A program made the position numbers and the translations under genes. DNA of 63,880 nucleotides, the filler included, from Reticulomyxa filosa (taxonomy: Eukaryota; Protista; Foraminifera): the NCBI GenBank assembly GCA_000512085.1. It is 21 parts of 21 records of this genome, joined end to end, with 100 filler letters (N's around TTAATTAATTAA, not from the genome) between each part and the next. Parts side by side here need not be neighbours in the genome. Positions count along the whole stretch, not along the records: positions 50,108 to 53,003 come from ASPP01011663.1; positions 53,104 to 54,247 come from ASPP01018884.1; positions 54,348 to 59,094 come from ASPP01010400.1; positions 59,195 to 60,947 come from ASPP01000130.1; positions 61,048 to 63,880 come from ASPP01003282.1; 16 more parts are not named here. One strand, written 5' to 3'. Numbering within the stretch: the first letter of the stretch is position 1; every line of letters starts with the position of its first letter. The notes under the pieces were generated by a model. That model was not told the origin of the DNA. It worked only from the letters and a program-made list of their open reading frames with translations, and ran no database searches. Shown in pieces: positions 51,051 to 63,880 of the stretch.

Positions 51051-52280
51051 CCAAGATTCTTCCCCATTCTCACATATTCTTCCTTCCTTCTTCTTCTCCT
51101 TCTTCTTCTCCTTCTTCTTCCTTCTTTTCATTCCCACAGTTACCCCTTTTTTTTGCCCATTTCATTAATTTTTTTTTTTTTTAATTTAAAAAAAATTTTA
51201 GATAGAATAAAAAAAATTATTATTAATAGGAAAAAAAAAAAAAAAGAAATTGTGTTTTTTTGATTTTGGACATCTTCATTGCCTTTTTTGTTTTGTTTTA
51301 TTTGATCTCAATAGCAATGAAAAAGGAATTATTATGCTTTTTTTGTTTTTGTGGTGAAACTATGAGGAAATACTCCTGTTTGTGTGTGCACGTGTGTTTT
51401 TGTTTTTTTTTTTGGTTTGATTCTGTTTTGTTTTCATTTTGCCGAGTGAGTTATCTCACAAATAACCTGAGCATCCCCTCAAAAGACAATGTTGAAGGTT
51501 TGTTCCAAATAAAGAGATGAAGCAACACATATCTTTTGATTCACGCTTTGCCGAGGAAAACCCAAACAATTGTTATGTGGGTTTATTAATTTTTTTTTTA
51601 ATAGATGAACAACATCTTGAGTGTGATTTTTGTCACATGCAAAAATTGTTGTTTTGAAACTTTGATTTTGGAAATTTAATCCAAAAAATTACTCCAGTTG
51701 CTCATTTTAAAAGTTTATGTATGCTGTTGTTTTAAGCAAGGACAAAAATTGCTTTTGTATTTTACCACAAAGAATATTATTGTAAAACAGATTTTTGCTT
51801 GTTGGCTCAAAAGTTCATGCATTATTTATTAAATATGCACCTGCAGTGATTAGCATTTTCAGATTTTTACTCAAAAATTTGCTAGTTGAGAAAAAGCAAT
51901 GGTTGATCTTCGAAAAAGTAAGATTCTTCTTCATTTAAAAAGGATTTCTTCTATGTTTATAGCAAATGCTTGATCGCCAAAGAAATGCCTTTACTGGACA
52001 TTGCTAATTAATTTTTAAACCTTTATATTCAAGTACTTGAATTGTGACATCTGAAAATATTGATTAGCAATTTACCTTAAATTTTTTTGAAGATAAAATG
52101 AAAACTCAAAAAAGTAAGAAAAAGATAGCAACAGCTCTCTTTTATTAGTTGCTCGATGGTATTTATTTCTCAAAACTGATTTGTTTTTTTGTTTTTTTTA
52201 CAATTTAAAACATGATTTTTATAATTTTAAATTAATGGCATAATTGATGGCTTTAGCTTATTCTCTCATTTGGGTCACAT

Positions 52281-52900
52281 TTATTCCAGCTTTCCTTGTT
52301 TCAGTGCAGCATTTCTGTACTTGTCAAAGTCAAGCTCTTTTCCTTTTTCTAAGGTGGCAATATTTTGACCAGATTTGACAGATTCCAATGCTTTTTCCAC
52401 AATTTTTCCAAACCAGTGGAAGTTGAGCAAATGGAAGAGGATATTAAGAAATAATCCAATTGAAACTGGCCATGTTTGACAACAAGACACGTCAACTTTC
52501 CAAAATATTTTGCGAAATACCAACACGTCAAATCCCTCCACCGTAATGTACAACCCAAATATGATTCGAATCACAAAAAACGCCATTGCGAAAATTAATC
52601 TTATTATACAACACAAACACAGCAATAATTAGCTATGGCCCTTCCCTTTGCAAAACAACAAAACAACACCTGACATATCCGGCCAATCGAACATATCCAT
52701 TGTAATATAAAAAAGCGTACGTATGTAACCACACTGTGCTGCCTTCGAAAAGCAGACACGCAATTCCCAGTCTTTGCCCACAGGGTTGAAATGTAAACAC
52801 GCTGTAAATTATGATACAAAATATTCCATGAGCAATGAACGCTGCCCCTCCATGATGGAATATGTTTTTGTACAAATCGTATACAAAGTAGCCATACGAT
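52281..52900 (-). CDS. TLC (TRAM/LAG1/CLN8) domain membrane protein, 3' part
   Basis: IFHH, LFEGSTVWL, FFVIRI and LNFHWFGKI, with one frameshift at about 52640. Confidence 0.85.
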
Positions 52901-53103
52901 ATACAAAATACCTTTTATATATGTATATACATATATATATATATACTCATTATAAATACATTTCTTTTTTGGTCTTACCATCCTTATTTGATTATTCTAT
53001 TACNNNNNNNNNNNNNNNNNNNNNNNNNNNNNNNNNNNNNNNNNNNNTTAATTAATTAANNNNNNNNNNNNNNNNNNNNNNNNNNNNNNNNNNNNNNNNN
53101 NNN

Positions 53104-54070
53104 AATCCATTTCTCCAAACACTATCATACGCTGCAGAGATATCCAATAACACTGCATATATCACTGAATTGCAATTGAATGACTTGTGAATCGTCTTAG
53201 TCAATCTCAATAACAGCTTTCTTTTTATAGCTGAGATAGTTGTAATATTGAAATTCCAAAAAAAGAAAAGGAAAGGGAAAAAACATCGCAACCAAGCACA
53301 TCACTCACAAAGAATACAGTACTAAAATTACAATATCTTACAAAGTAATCAATAAAATAACACTTACAGTATCAAAGTCTGAAAGAAAAATATAACACAA
53401 AAAACAATAACCAAAAAAATATTAATATTTCTTCCTCAAATTGTGGAATTCAAAAAAGGAAATACAGCGCGGATTTTGATCCAACCTGCTGCATTCGCAA
53501 AAACTTTAATATGTGCTGAATGAAGATTGTAGAAAATGAAATATAATTCAAACAAACAAAACAAACATTAAATTTACTTCGGTTAAAAGAAATCCTTCGG
53601 TATTTATAAGTCCTAAAGGACAATAATTAATTGTACGACTGTATGATGTATTTGATGAATCCCAGGGCCATTTGTTTCTTCTTTGGGGTTTGCTTCGCGC
53701 TCGGATGCCGAAATTTGCTTTTGGTCTTTGTCGAAGTTTGTTTTCGGATTTTGTCCGAAGTTTCCTTTTGGTAGATAGTGAATGAGTTTGCCATATCGCC
53801 ATGGGAGATGTATTTTGGACATCGTGTCCATTCCCTTGAGCGCTGACTGTTTGCCCCGGCTGTAATAATTATGAAGGGGCTTCTAATATATATATATATT
53901 TTTTCAATAACAGCTCATCTGTGTTATGCCATGATTGAAATCCCCTTCATGCAGCGAATTAATGCTGTCTACAATATGTTGATGCTTTTCTATTGTAATT
54001 TCCTTCGCAATTGCTTGGTAGCTCTCTTATACAACTGGCAACGTTTTTGTTTCAATTCATTTTCGGTGGG
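53104..54070 (-). mobile_element. Degenerate non-LTR reverse transcriptase, same family as 43110-43490, interrupted by an insertion
   Basis: GFQSWHNTDELLL (about 53904-53945) continues as LLLRLTKTIHKSF....AVLLDISAAYDSVWRNG (53104-53218). Confidence 0.85.
53219..53903 (-). mobile_element. 685-bp insertion flanked by a 12-bp direct repeat (probable 5'-truncated retroposon)
   Basis: TCAATAACAGCT at 53207-53218 and 53904-53915. The minus-strand insert ends in A-rich ATAAAAAGAA. Confidence 0.75.
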
Positions 54071-54369
54071 CTATTGTAGTAAGTTCTGTATCTTGCGTGT
54101 TGTGTGACTGTGATATGTGGAAGTGCTTTAAAACTTACCGCGTATATTGACCTCAGTTGCTTTAAGTGTACCGAGGTGCAAACTCCTGGTAACTGAGATA
54201 GCAACTCTTTTACTGGCAACCGGCGACTTGTGTGAGAGGGTATCGATNNNNNNNNNNNNNNNNNNNNNNNNNNNNNNNNNNNNNNNNNNNNTTAATTAAT
54301 TAANNNNNNNNNNNNNNNNNNNNNNNNNNNNNNNNNNNNNNNNNNNNAAAAAAAAAAAAAAAAAAAAAG

Positions 54370-55510
54370 TGACAACCAACACAAGAAAAAGAAAAAACCA
54401 CATCAAGCGTATACACCGCAGAGTCTTCCTCGCATGATTCCTCAGTTAAGTAGTGGGAACCCCAATTTTACATTGGGACACAAGTCTCCTCAGTCCACAC
54501 TACTGATCAAGATCGAAGAGAATCGCGAGATTCCGAAAGAAACAGAATTCGATGCTGCGAATATGTTTGCGTCGCTGCCATCCCATCGCAACAGTGAATT
54601 TGTTGTTGTTGGCAACGAAGAAAGTTGCAACGATGGTGACAACGACGACGATGACGTCTTGAAAGGAACAGAACGCGACGAAGAAATTGTTATGGACGAA
54701 AGAAATCAAGAGGCGATGAGTGAAGAAGAGGATTATGATGCCTTTGCAAGAAATATTTCCGTGACTCGTACGATCACTGGCACCGGAACGGGCACGCGTG
54801 TTGGTACAGGTCGAAGCATCCACACTATCACCAGTGTGAGATTTTCCAATGCTCCTCCTAGTAGCTTCACTAGCCACGAAGAAAAATGCCTGTCCTTATC
54901 GCCAAACGAGGGACAACGCCACGACGATAAGGACTTTCACAATCCATTCTTTCATCAGCATGAACATCATGATGCTCCTAGTCATGATCCCAATGCTTGT
55001 GATACGGTAGTGCCGCCATCATCAAGTGATCCCCTTTCACAACCGCAGCCACAAGCACAAGGACAATCACAAGCACAACCACTATCACAGTCACAACAAC
55101 CCCAGTCACAATTACAATTACAATTACAATTACAATTACAATCGCAACTACAAATGCAAATGCTAGTGCACTTGCAATCTCAATCACAATCACAATCGCA
55201 GTCACAACTACAAGATCAAACCAAAGACGAAATTATGGATATACCCCCACCTAAAATGCTGTCGTTACAAGTGTCTTCCAAACAAAACAGAAGTAGTGAT
55301 GATGTTCATCGAGATTCAATATTGAATTTGTTGGGCGATGAAAAGATTAGTGAATTGATTTACCAATCCTCGCATACTGCGAGCAGCAGTAGCAATAACA
55401 AATTAATCCACACTGCTCCCACTCTAACGCTATCCAACAACGATATTCCCGAAGAACAACCGCAGCCACCTGATCTTTCGAAAGATTGTTGTCAATGCAC
55501 TATTTTATAG
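54370..55510 (+). CDS. Last exon of a low-complexity protein ending in a CaaX box
   Basis: A 358-aa disordered ORF with (QS)/(QL) repeats and the terminus DCCQCTIL*. Confidence 0.7.
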
Positions 55511-56239
55511 AGATGTAACTTCTTTTTTTCCCCCTTCGCTCTCTATTGCTCTTGTTTTTGTTCAGTTTTTTTCTGGACACGAACAAAACAGCCAAACAGA
55601 AACGTTTATTTATGTGCTTTTTTTTTTCTCTTGTGATTTTTAATGCCCCTTGAAATAACAAAAAACATAAATAAATGGATCAAAATATATAAATGATGAA
55701 ACAAAACCTTTGTCAACAATATTTCGGCCAAAAACAAACAAAAATGACAACAAAAGTGGTCTTTTGCTGCTTCTGTTTGTGTGTGGTTGAGCATATAATA
55801 CGAAGAAACGAGCAAAAAAAACAACGAAAATCACTTTCATTTTATTATCCACCGATTGTAAATGCACGGATTTTGTTTCTTCTTTTTTTTTCCCCTTTTT
55901 GTTTCTTCATGCCCTAACACCAGCAACATTTATCTTTCTTTTTTTTTTCGTTTTTGTTTCGTCAATATCAATTCAAAAGATTTTGCGTTGTTGTTCTTTT
56001 TTTTCACTCCTTTTTTCAAGAAAAACAACATCGAGCATCCTTTCTTTGTGACATTTGCTTTATTAGTGGTTGATTTTTTTTTCTCGTTTTGGTGGTTGCT
56101 TCGAATTGTTGAGATCTTTGTTATACTTAAGGGGTAAAAAAAAGTTAATACAAATTGATTTCACAGAAACTCTTGTTTTAATTGTCATAGGTCACAAAAA
56201 AAAAAGGCTGTTCTAAAAACACTCAAAGCAAAGGATATT

Positions 56240-59023
56240 TTAGGGCTTGGCGACAGTGTAAGGAAATGGAAAATAACCACATTTTTCCTTGAAAGATATA
56301 ACGTCTTCAACACCCAATACGCAGACATCATTTTTTTCTTCTTCTTTTTCTTCTTCCACATTGCGATGGCCCTTTCCAAAACACTGAATACTTAGTTTCG
56401 CACGAGTTTTCTTTAATCCCAGTATATATTCATCAAAAAATGTCAATACATCCTTTAATGAAAGTTTGGAAACTTCTTTGGCCACAATTTGATTTCTTTC
56501 AAATTGAAAACGCCCATTGCTAGCATAAACAAATAAAAAACAAAAGTGATTGGCCGGAAGACGAGAAGAAGAGAAAGAATAAATTGAACTCAAATTCTTT
56601 CCAATACCGATCCAATTGTTGGCGAATACCTTTCGTTTTTTCTAACAAATTATTGATAATGCCCTTTTTGTTTGACTCAAACACTTGGCTGTCCATCGAG
56701 ACTAATTGATTTCTAAAATCATGCAAAAAATTTTCAATTCTTTCGTCCAACTTGAGTGGATGAGCAATGACAGATTGGATCACTACACGAAATGATATCA
56801 ATCCCCGAAAAATATTAGGAAAGGACCACACAATATAACCTAGCTGCTCTTTTGTACGTAGTTGGGTAAAGCAAGGAGCTGACTCAATATGTGCCAGTAG
56901 TCGCAGCAAGCCCCAATCTTTCTATGAGTTTTTTTTGTACAGCAGCAAAGGTTCAAAGATCAATTGTATCAAAAAATAAATAAATAAACTGGAGTGTCAA
57001 TTGTAAAGAAGTATTCATTACTAATAGCACTATTGTTATCTCCACTGTTAAGATTTTTAAATCTTAACGTATAAGCAACCCCATCAGCCGGAATTCTCAA
57101 ATGACCTTTGTAAGCAGCAAAAAACTCGTTTGGTTCATATCCTTTGGTACCACTATTAAGCATATACTTTTGAATAATCTCTCCATAAATTTCCACTGCA
57201 TGTTTTGCCTCGGCATTTCCATATACCAAGCCCTGTATATGCAACTCCTCAAATAATTTTTTTGTGATGTTGCACTAATTCTCTCTGAGTCAGTTGACTT
57301 GTCGCTTGTTCTTTTTCACTTAATGAAAAATCTTGATGATCACTGGCTTGCAATAATACAAACACAAAAAAAAAAAAAAAAAATCGTACATATGCACGTA
57401 CATACGTACACAATTATCGTTTTTGCCTTTCTATTCCTCAGAGGCATACAGTGTTGTCTGTGTGTTTTTATTTCTCGGACATGACATAGTTGCGGAACAA
57501 TGCGACTTGTTGATGGGCTCTAGATTTGCGCAAGCTCTGCAATTGGCGTTTGAATCGTTCCAAATTAACTTCGAATTGTTCCTTTTTTTTTTTTTTTTTT
57601 TTTTTGCAACAACAAAAGCATGTTACATAATAAACGAAGTAAACAAAAGATTGTATCATGTGCAAGTGAATGCAAAAAAAAAAAAAAAAAGTTACTTGAG
57701 TAAGCTTGAAATCTGCAAATTTTGATAACACAGTCTCTATGAGAATGGGTAGGGTTTGATTGTATCCAAAAAAGAAGGCATTTATTCCGTGAGTGTTATC
57801 CATTTCAATACTCCAGGAAAGTCCAGCTTCAGAAAAGACATAAGTCAATTCACGCATTGCATGTTCGAAGCATCGCAATAATAAAGCACTTTTCATCTTG
57901 TTTATACATATGCATTTTTTTCCCCCCCCCCCCTCATCGTCACTCTCCTGATTAAGCTTCAAAGTAAAACTTATGACGTATACTTTTTTTTTAAAAAAAA
58001 AAAAAAAAAACTTGGTTAGTACAGGTGCTCCCGGCGACTGGGGATATGATCTTGAGCTTAACACTGAGTTTGGGTTGTTTGAAAACCTGATCCATTTTGA
58101 ACCACAAAGTAAAAGTATTGTTAGAAAGAAGGATTTGTGGAGGTTCTCCAAGCCATGTATCGCTCAAAATATCCGAGCACTCTTGTTCTTCAAATGTCTG
58201 TTTGAAGTCGCTGTCGATTGTAGAGTTGAAGTCGGAGTCGGACATTGACTTGATTGAGATAAGAGAGTGGGACATGCAAGTCTGGTCTTTGTACGCTTCT
58301 CTTTCACAACAAATGGAAAAGTCATCGGGAATGTAAGGATTGGAAGGAGGGGGATGCAGCAACGACAAGTCTTCGCTCTTGTCAAAATGTTTCCACATTT
58401 GCAATTGCTTGGTCGTCAAGGGCAGTTTTTGGAACAATGTGTTGTACCAGGGCTCCGCATCTTTGCATTCGGATTCAAAATCTTTGGCTACCAATTGGAT
58501 CAAACAATTCTTCATGGCCAATCGTTTTAAAAAGTGCTTTATTAAGTTCTGAGTTTCAATTTTTGTTATTGTGTAAAGATGCTCAAAAAAAAAACTTGAA
58601 AAAAAAAAAAATAAATAAAATAAATATATATATATATATGTATATATATATACTCATTTATTCATTTATTTATTTTTTTTATTTTTTTTTTTTTAAATAA
58701 AGTATATTGTGATGGATGAGCATAGCTAAAAAGTATAAATACAAAGCTGTATCGCATTTGAAAGGCAAACCACTTGTGCACTCCAACAAATGTTCCGGTG
58801 GGAACCGCTGTGCACTTCTCACCAACTGTTTGACGTAAGAAAACGGCTCTTCTTTGCATTGAAACGTGAAGTTCATGAACCGGACTTTTTGTCGCTGTTC
58901 CCAATACTCAGTCCACTGCTCATCTTTCAATTCTTTCATTCGAGATATGTAGCAGTATATTATTTGCACAATTCTCTCCCAATTGTTTAGCCCTTCCGGA
59001 GTTAGGAACACTGCCACTCGGAA
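56240..59023 (-). CDS. Insulysin/IDE-like M16 metallopeptidase, 3' part, multi-exon
   Basis: EPWYNT, LHPPPSNPYIPDDF, LWFKMDQVFKQPK, GYNQTLP, HIQGLVYGN and FTQLRTKEQLGYIV. Confidence 0.95.
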
Positions 59024-59056
59024 CTTGTTTTAATTCACATGCACACATATGAATAT

Positions 59057-59093
<37 letters not shown>

Positions 59094-59194
59094 TNNNNNN
59101 NNNNNNNNNNNNNNNNNNNNNNNNNNNNNNNNNNNNNNTTAATTAATTAANNNNNNNNNNNNNNNNNNNNNNNNNNNNNNNNNNNNNNNNNNNN

Positions 59195-60947
59195 AAGTTG
59201 ACACCTAAAATGCCATCTTATAGAGATGATTGTGTTTAGTTATTATGAGTGTGAAAAAACCTTAAAAAACTTCTTTGTCCTACTCCAGTTTTTTTAAAAC
59301 TCCTTTTTCACTTAAAATGTTTGCACTCAACACAACAAGTAATGGTAATTCTATCCATCGTTTTAAGATTACTGACAACAGTGGTCAAGACGTCAACAAT
59401 GATCAACAATTAAAAACCGCATTCGAAATTCAACCTGTTTTCTTTTATATCTATATCATTCAAAGTTTTATTCAATTATTCATGTATTTTAAAAGCAAAA
59501 ATAAACATGAAATAATATAGATAATGAAAATGCTGATAATGAATGCCACAAAATTGTGAATTCATTTGTATTATTAACATGAGCTTCGAAATACAAAACT
59601 TTGGATTATTTGCCTGGAGTGAAAATAGATTTAATGATGCTCAAAGTGTTGTTTGATGAAATGTATGTATATAATGTATATTGCACACATGATCCAAATA
59701 CACCTGAAATTGAATCATTGACATTGAAATAATTCAATCTTTTCTTAATGGAACGATTATAATTCATTCATATTCGTATGGTATGGTCATAGTAATACAA
59801 TAACAGAAGAAGTAGATACATTAATTACATCATATGATGATAAATATAAACCATTCAAAAAAGTACAAGAATTATTTGCACATGATACAGATATATTTTT
59901 AAATAAGCCAAAGATATTTATCAAAAATGCATGTCGATGAAATGACAAAGAAAAAGAGGGACAGAACATCAATAACAATTGTATAATATTGAATCAGATA
60001 CATTTATTATATTTTCAACAGCTCCTGGAAAATTGATATTTGATTCAATGGATCCCAATAAAGGAAAAGGAAGTTATTTTATGGAATGTTTTTGCAATGT
60101 CATATCACAGAATATTAAGTCATCAAAATAATTAGATGATAATTTAAGATTAATTATTAGATTGGTCAAACCAAAAGCATTGTCAAGACAAATTATTCAA
60201 ATATATTTTCTTTACAATAGTGATCATTCTCATTTATCAAATTTAAGTGTTGAAATGAATGAAAATCATTTACGGAATCAAGCAAATAAAAGATTACAAC
60301 AAGGTATAATCGTTATTTCAACAAATATTGACCAATTGGCAAAATCAAATAATGAAATATCTAAACAACAAAATATGAATTCTTCAATGATGATGAAAAA
60401 AAATTAATAATAGAATAATATTCAGTTTGTTTATTTCATTCAAATAAAATAACATTTGATAATATTACAATTGATTGATGTATTTATGTTATTGATTGCA
60501 TTATTCATGGAATTGTTACATTACTCAACAACTTATCCATACTAAGAAATCTGTTATTCAATGTTCTTTTCATTCTTTTGTTTTCACTTGTTCTTGGTCT
60601 ATTGATACAGATCAATTAATGAAATCAGGAATAGATTCATTAAATAAATCAAATTTAAATAAATCAATTCAGTATTTTCGTGTTGCACTTTGTGTTAGAT
60701 TGCAAGATATTACATACAACATTTTCACATTGATGTTGCAGAATCTTATTTTTGGTTAGGCAGTACATATAGTAGCAAAGGAGAATATGATAAGGCAATT
60801 GAATATCATGAAAAATCATTGAAAATTAGTTTAAACAAGTTGGAATCTGATGACCATTCATGTTGCCACTGCATACATCAATTTAGCATTAGTTTATTGT
60901 AGCAAAAAAGAATGTGACAAAGTGGAATTTGGAAAGAAAGCATTGGA
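59195..60947 (+). pseudogene. Caspase-like (C14) domain plus TPR repeats, disrupted
   Basis: LPGVKIDL, FIFVWYGH (His at 59788-59790), KPKIFIKNACR* (Cys at 59932-59934), FST.PG and GSYF..CF, then TPRs HIDVAESY..LG..Y..KGEYDKAIEYHEKSLKI. Multiple stops and frameshifts. Confidence 0.85.
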
Positions 60948-61047
60948 NNNNNNNNNNNNNNNNNNNNNNNNNNNNNNNNNNNNNNNNNNNNTTAATTAAT
61001 TAANNNNNNNNNNNNNNNNNNNNNNNNNNNNNNNNNNNNNNNNNNNN

Positions 61048-63880
61048 TCAACACCAAACTTCAAAAAGAGCTTATGTCCTTCACTTCTGTTCGCTTTCTG
61101 TTCTTTTCTTTCTATTTTCTATAATTTTCCTCTCTCTATCCCCCCCTCAATTATTCTGGATAACGTATATCCGTTCTATGTTTGAATTTGAATAATGGAT
61201 TGAATGTCCAATGAAAGTTTCAGCCTATGGAATATGCATCCACTTGAATATCTCCATTATTCTTTGCCATCATTGTTTAAAGATGAATCCACTATGTCAA
61301 CTGTTATCTCTTTCATTTCTTTTGATTGTGTAATTTTATCACAAAATACACTTTTGATATGTAATTGTGATAAGCACCAAGAGAAGAGACCGAGTTGGAT
61401 AACGACACGTTCTGTCAATAGATATGGATTCACGCTATCTCCTTCATCCTTGATGTGACGGCGATGTAATTGTTACTTGCTCCAATTTGGTGAGAGGCTT
61501 CAGAAATTGCTGAGCCTGGTTACAATCCCTCTGTTCGCCGGACGTTGCTGCGTGCAATTGCATCCAAATATTATCCCAGCAGTGCCTTTACCCAATAATA
61601 CGCTTATCCGACGATGATGACGCCGATAAATTGGAATTCTTATTATAATAAGTTGGTTGAGCACGTTCGGTATTGGCGACACGAATTTGGTGAGCAAATA
61701 ATTTGAGTAGCGATATTGTCGAATATACCCAAGTATGTACGAATAGCATCTATATCATTTGTTGTAGAAGACAAAAGCTCAATACTCCCATTACACTATT
61801 CAAGTCTTGCGTAGTTCAATGTTTTGACAACAGCCAAGATGCAGTCTGCAATGGGATATAAAAAGTCGGCCCGATTTGCGAATTCGATGATGATAGTACA
61901 GTTATACGTGTTATATGCCAACGATACTTCCGAAGGGTTGTTTTTAATATCTACATCTTTCACTTCGATCAACTTTCCATTTGGAAAAGATTTTTTGGAT
62001 TGCTGTCTTCTCCTGTGGCTGTAAATTTGAACGACAAGACAGAATAGTCAAACAAATGACTCACCATTTGCTTTTCCGTACATGTCAATGATAGCCACGA
62101 TCACCTCCATGGTGTCAATAGACAAATTGGCCGATATACGTTTGTGAGTTGTATTATCATAGCACAGTCTGCCATTGATTCACATGATTAATTGTGGTAA
62201 TAAATAAAGAAGGGGAAAATTGACTACCACTGCCGCTGTTCCGGACATATTTGCAATACACCGTAAAGATAGCATTCAGGGTATCTTCTTTTGATGGCAA
62301 TATTGAATATATGGATTAGTTTGTATCATTTATTGAAGGATTGGTTGTTTGAAGTAATATTTTTTGCTTCCCAAATATGACACTTTGGAGGCAACGTTCA
62401 ATTATCGTGTATGTATTCATTTGATTGGATGTGACATTCGTAATACGTGCTCGAGCCGCTGGTAAATTTGACATTGCCTGCTTGATTGCACGAGCCCGAC
62501 CGATATCCAAAGGATAGATAAAGCTAAACCATTTGTACAATGTCGTATAGCTAGTCGTCAAATTGAAAATGACTCCCAGAAGTATGATCTTGCACTTCCA
62601 ACACACTTGTACGCAATAAAACTGCAATTTACACCAGCTTTGGTGTCAACAAAAAAGTGTGGTGGAATGGGGGGCAGTCGTTGAATTAAGTACATGGGTG
62701 AAAATGGTGCCATTGTCTATTGAATATCATCGTGCATTGCGCACTTCTTTCCAACAATCCATTTGAAATGTCTTCAGTATCCCGAACCGCATCTGATATC
62801 CACATTCCGCAGGAAGGTAAATCATAGCGTGACCCCAAATTGAAACATGAAATTGTTTTAACCAATTTCTCCAGCAATCCGTGATTCAGCTACGCGAAAG
62901 AATCGCAACAAATCCAAAACTTTACCCACCCACAGCACGGAAATTCACTTGGCTGTTTGGTTTTACTACATGTCCGCAATAAAATGATAGCACCCTCCAT
63001 TCGAGGGATATGCTTACCAAATTTCCACGACGGATAACACACGTTCAAGACTTCCACAATTGATATAATGCAACGTCACGTATCATACACCACAACGTCG
63101 ATAATTGTCAATGAACTATCCAAATTCAATTCGCAATTTTTTCATCTTGTTACTGTTCAATGGTCGTCTATCTTGTAACCAGAGACCTTTGTCACTTCGC
63201 CACCATTTGTAATACAGGCACGTCCTTGCTTTTCACTATCGATGAAATTAATCCAATCTATACAATCCAAAAAACACAGAACACTTTAAGATAGCTTCGT
63301 AACAAACTATGATGCTCACAACTGTAGCGTAAATGTGTGAAGACATTGTATGATGCCTTGTTGGGAATATATAGATAGGGGTACCGTGTTTGCATCAAAA
63401 TTGAGCCCTTGTTGGAAAATACGAGGAATAAGATTAATACGATTGTTGTGGAGGATTTGCATCAATTTATGCTGGAGAGATTGTCGCAACTATATCCAGG
63501 ATATTCCACATTGTGATAAAGCTCGCACACTGGGCCACAATAATACAAGAAAAATAATAATTGATAGACACAAACATCTTTGTTGCCTCTCAATGACACG
63601 CACGTACATGTCTTGAAAATATCTCATATGATAATACGATGAAGCACTAATAGATTTGAGATCATAAAATCTAATATCTATATCCACACATTATTTCGCG
63701 AATATTTGAGCATAGATAACTCATACGGGTGGCCATTGCAAATTCATTCATTAAAATCAGTATTTGAGTAGACAGGTCAGCTCGAGCACGACAGATAACA
63801 CTAGCTCGGTGCGATTTAGAACAAAGTCGTCAGTGGATTGCGTATGCAATTGAAATTTCCATTTTGGTGCTAGTCAAGTT
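61048..63880 (-). pseudogene. Long decayed coding sequence of an unknown large protein
   Basis: Exon-like base composition with no intron-like homopolymer tracts. Protein-like pieces jump between frames (LQHKLMQILHNNRINLIPRIFQ, WLQDRRPL, WVGKVLDLLRFF, WDNIWMQLH). Confidence 0.45.

Noticed and set aside
43110-54070. Retron, DGR, telomerase or group II intron RT
   Set aside because: The motifs (WK.A.I..I.K, Q.GF, LD...AYDSV, Y...IRP.L, PL..RR) are those of non-LTR retrotransposons. No template/variable repeat pair or intact RT was seen.
47647-60947. Physical defence island (RNF213-like, RT, caspase-TPR close together)
   Set aside because: The genes lie on different contigs separated by artificial spacers, so there is no linkage evidence.

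Overview
This is not one locus. It is 21 unlinked contig fragments joined by 20 artificial 100-bp spacers (N44-TTAATTAATTAA-N44), from a very AT-rich, intron-containing eukaryote. The lineage-typical WD40, TPR and RING families, the homopolymer-rich introns and the many pseudogenes suggest a foraminiferan such as Reticulomyxa filosa; this is an inference and was not checked by search. Recognisable genes: WD40 propellers, GH32 invertase, 7TM-RGS, membrane aspartic protease, Ser/Thr kinase, HSPA12-like Hsp70, WDTC1, an RNF213-like E3 module, RimK-like ligase, TLC protein, insulysin and a Smoothened/Frizzled-like receptor. Pseudogenes: caspase-TPR, SAHH, HSPA12, REJ-like, and non-LTR reverse transcriptases. 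The most notable observations are: (1) unusual intron grammar, with GTT donors in 17 of 22 introns placed by hand, frequent poly-A instead of polypyrimidine acceptors, and fold-back intron bodies; (2) a class F GPCR; (3) an RNF213-like RZ finger whose catalytic Cys is replaced by Arg; (4) a 1.15-kb contig bounded by perfect 118-bp inverted repeats around a shredded RT; (5) a nested insertion with a 12-bp target-site duplication. Many apparent frameshifts fall in homopolymers and may be sequencing errors. All homology calls come from motif recognition by eye, not from database searches.
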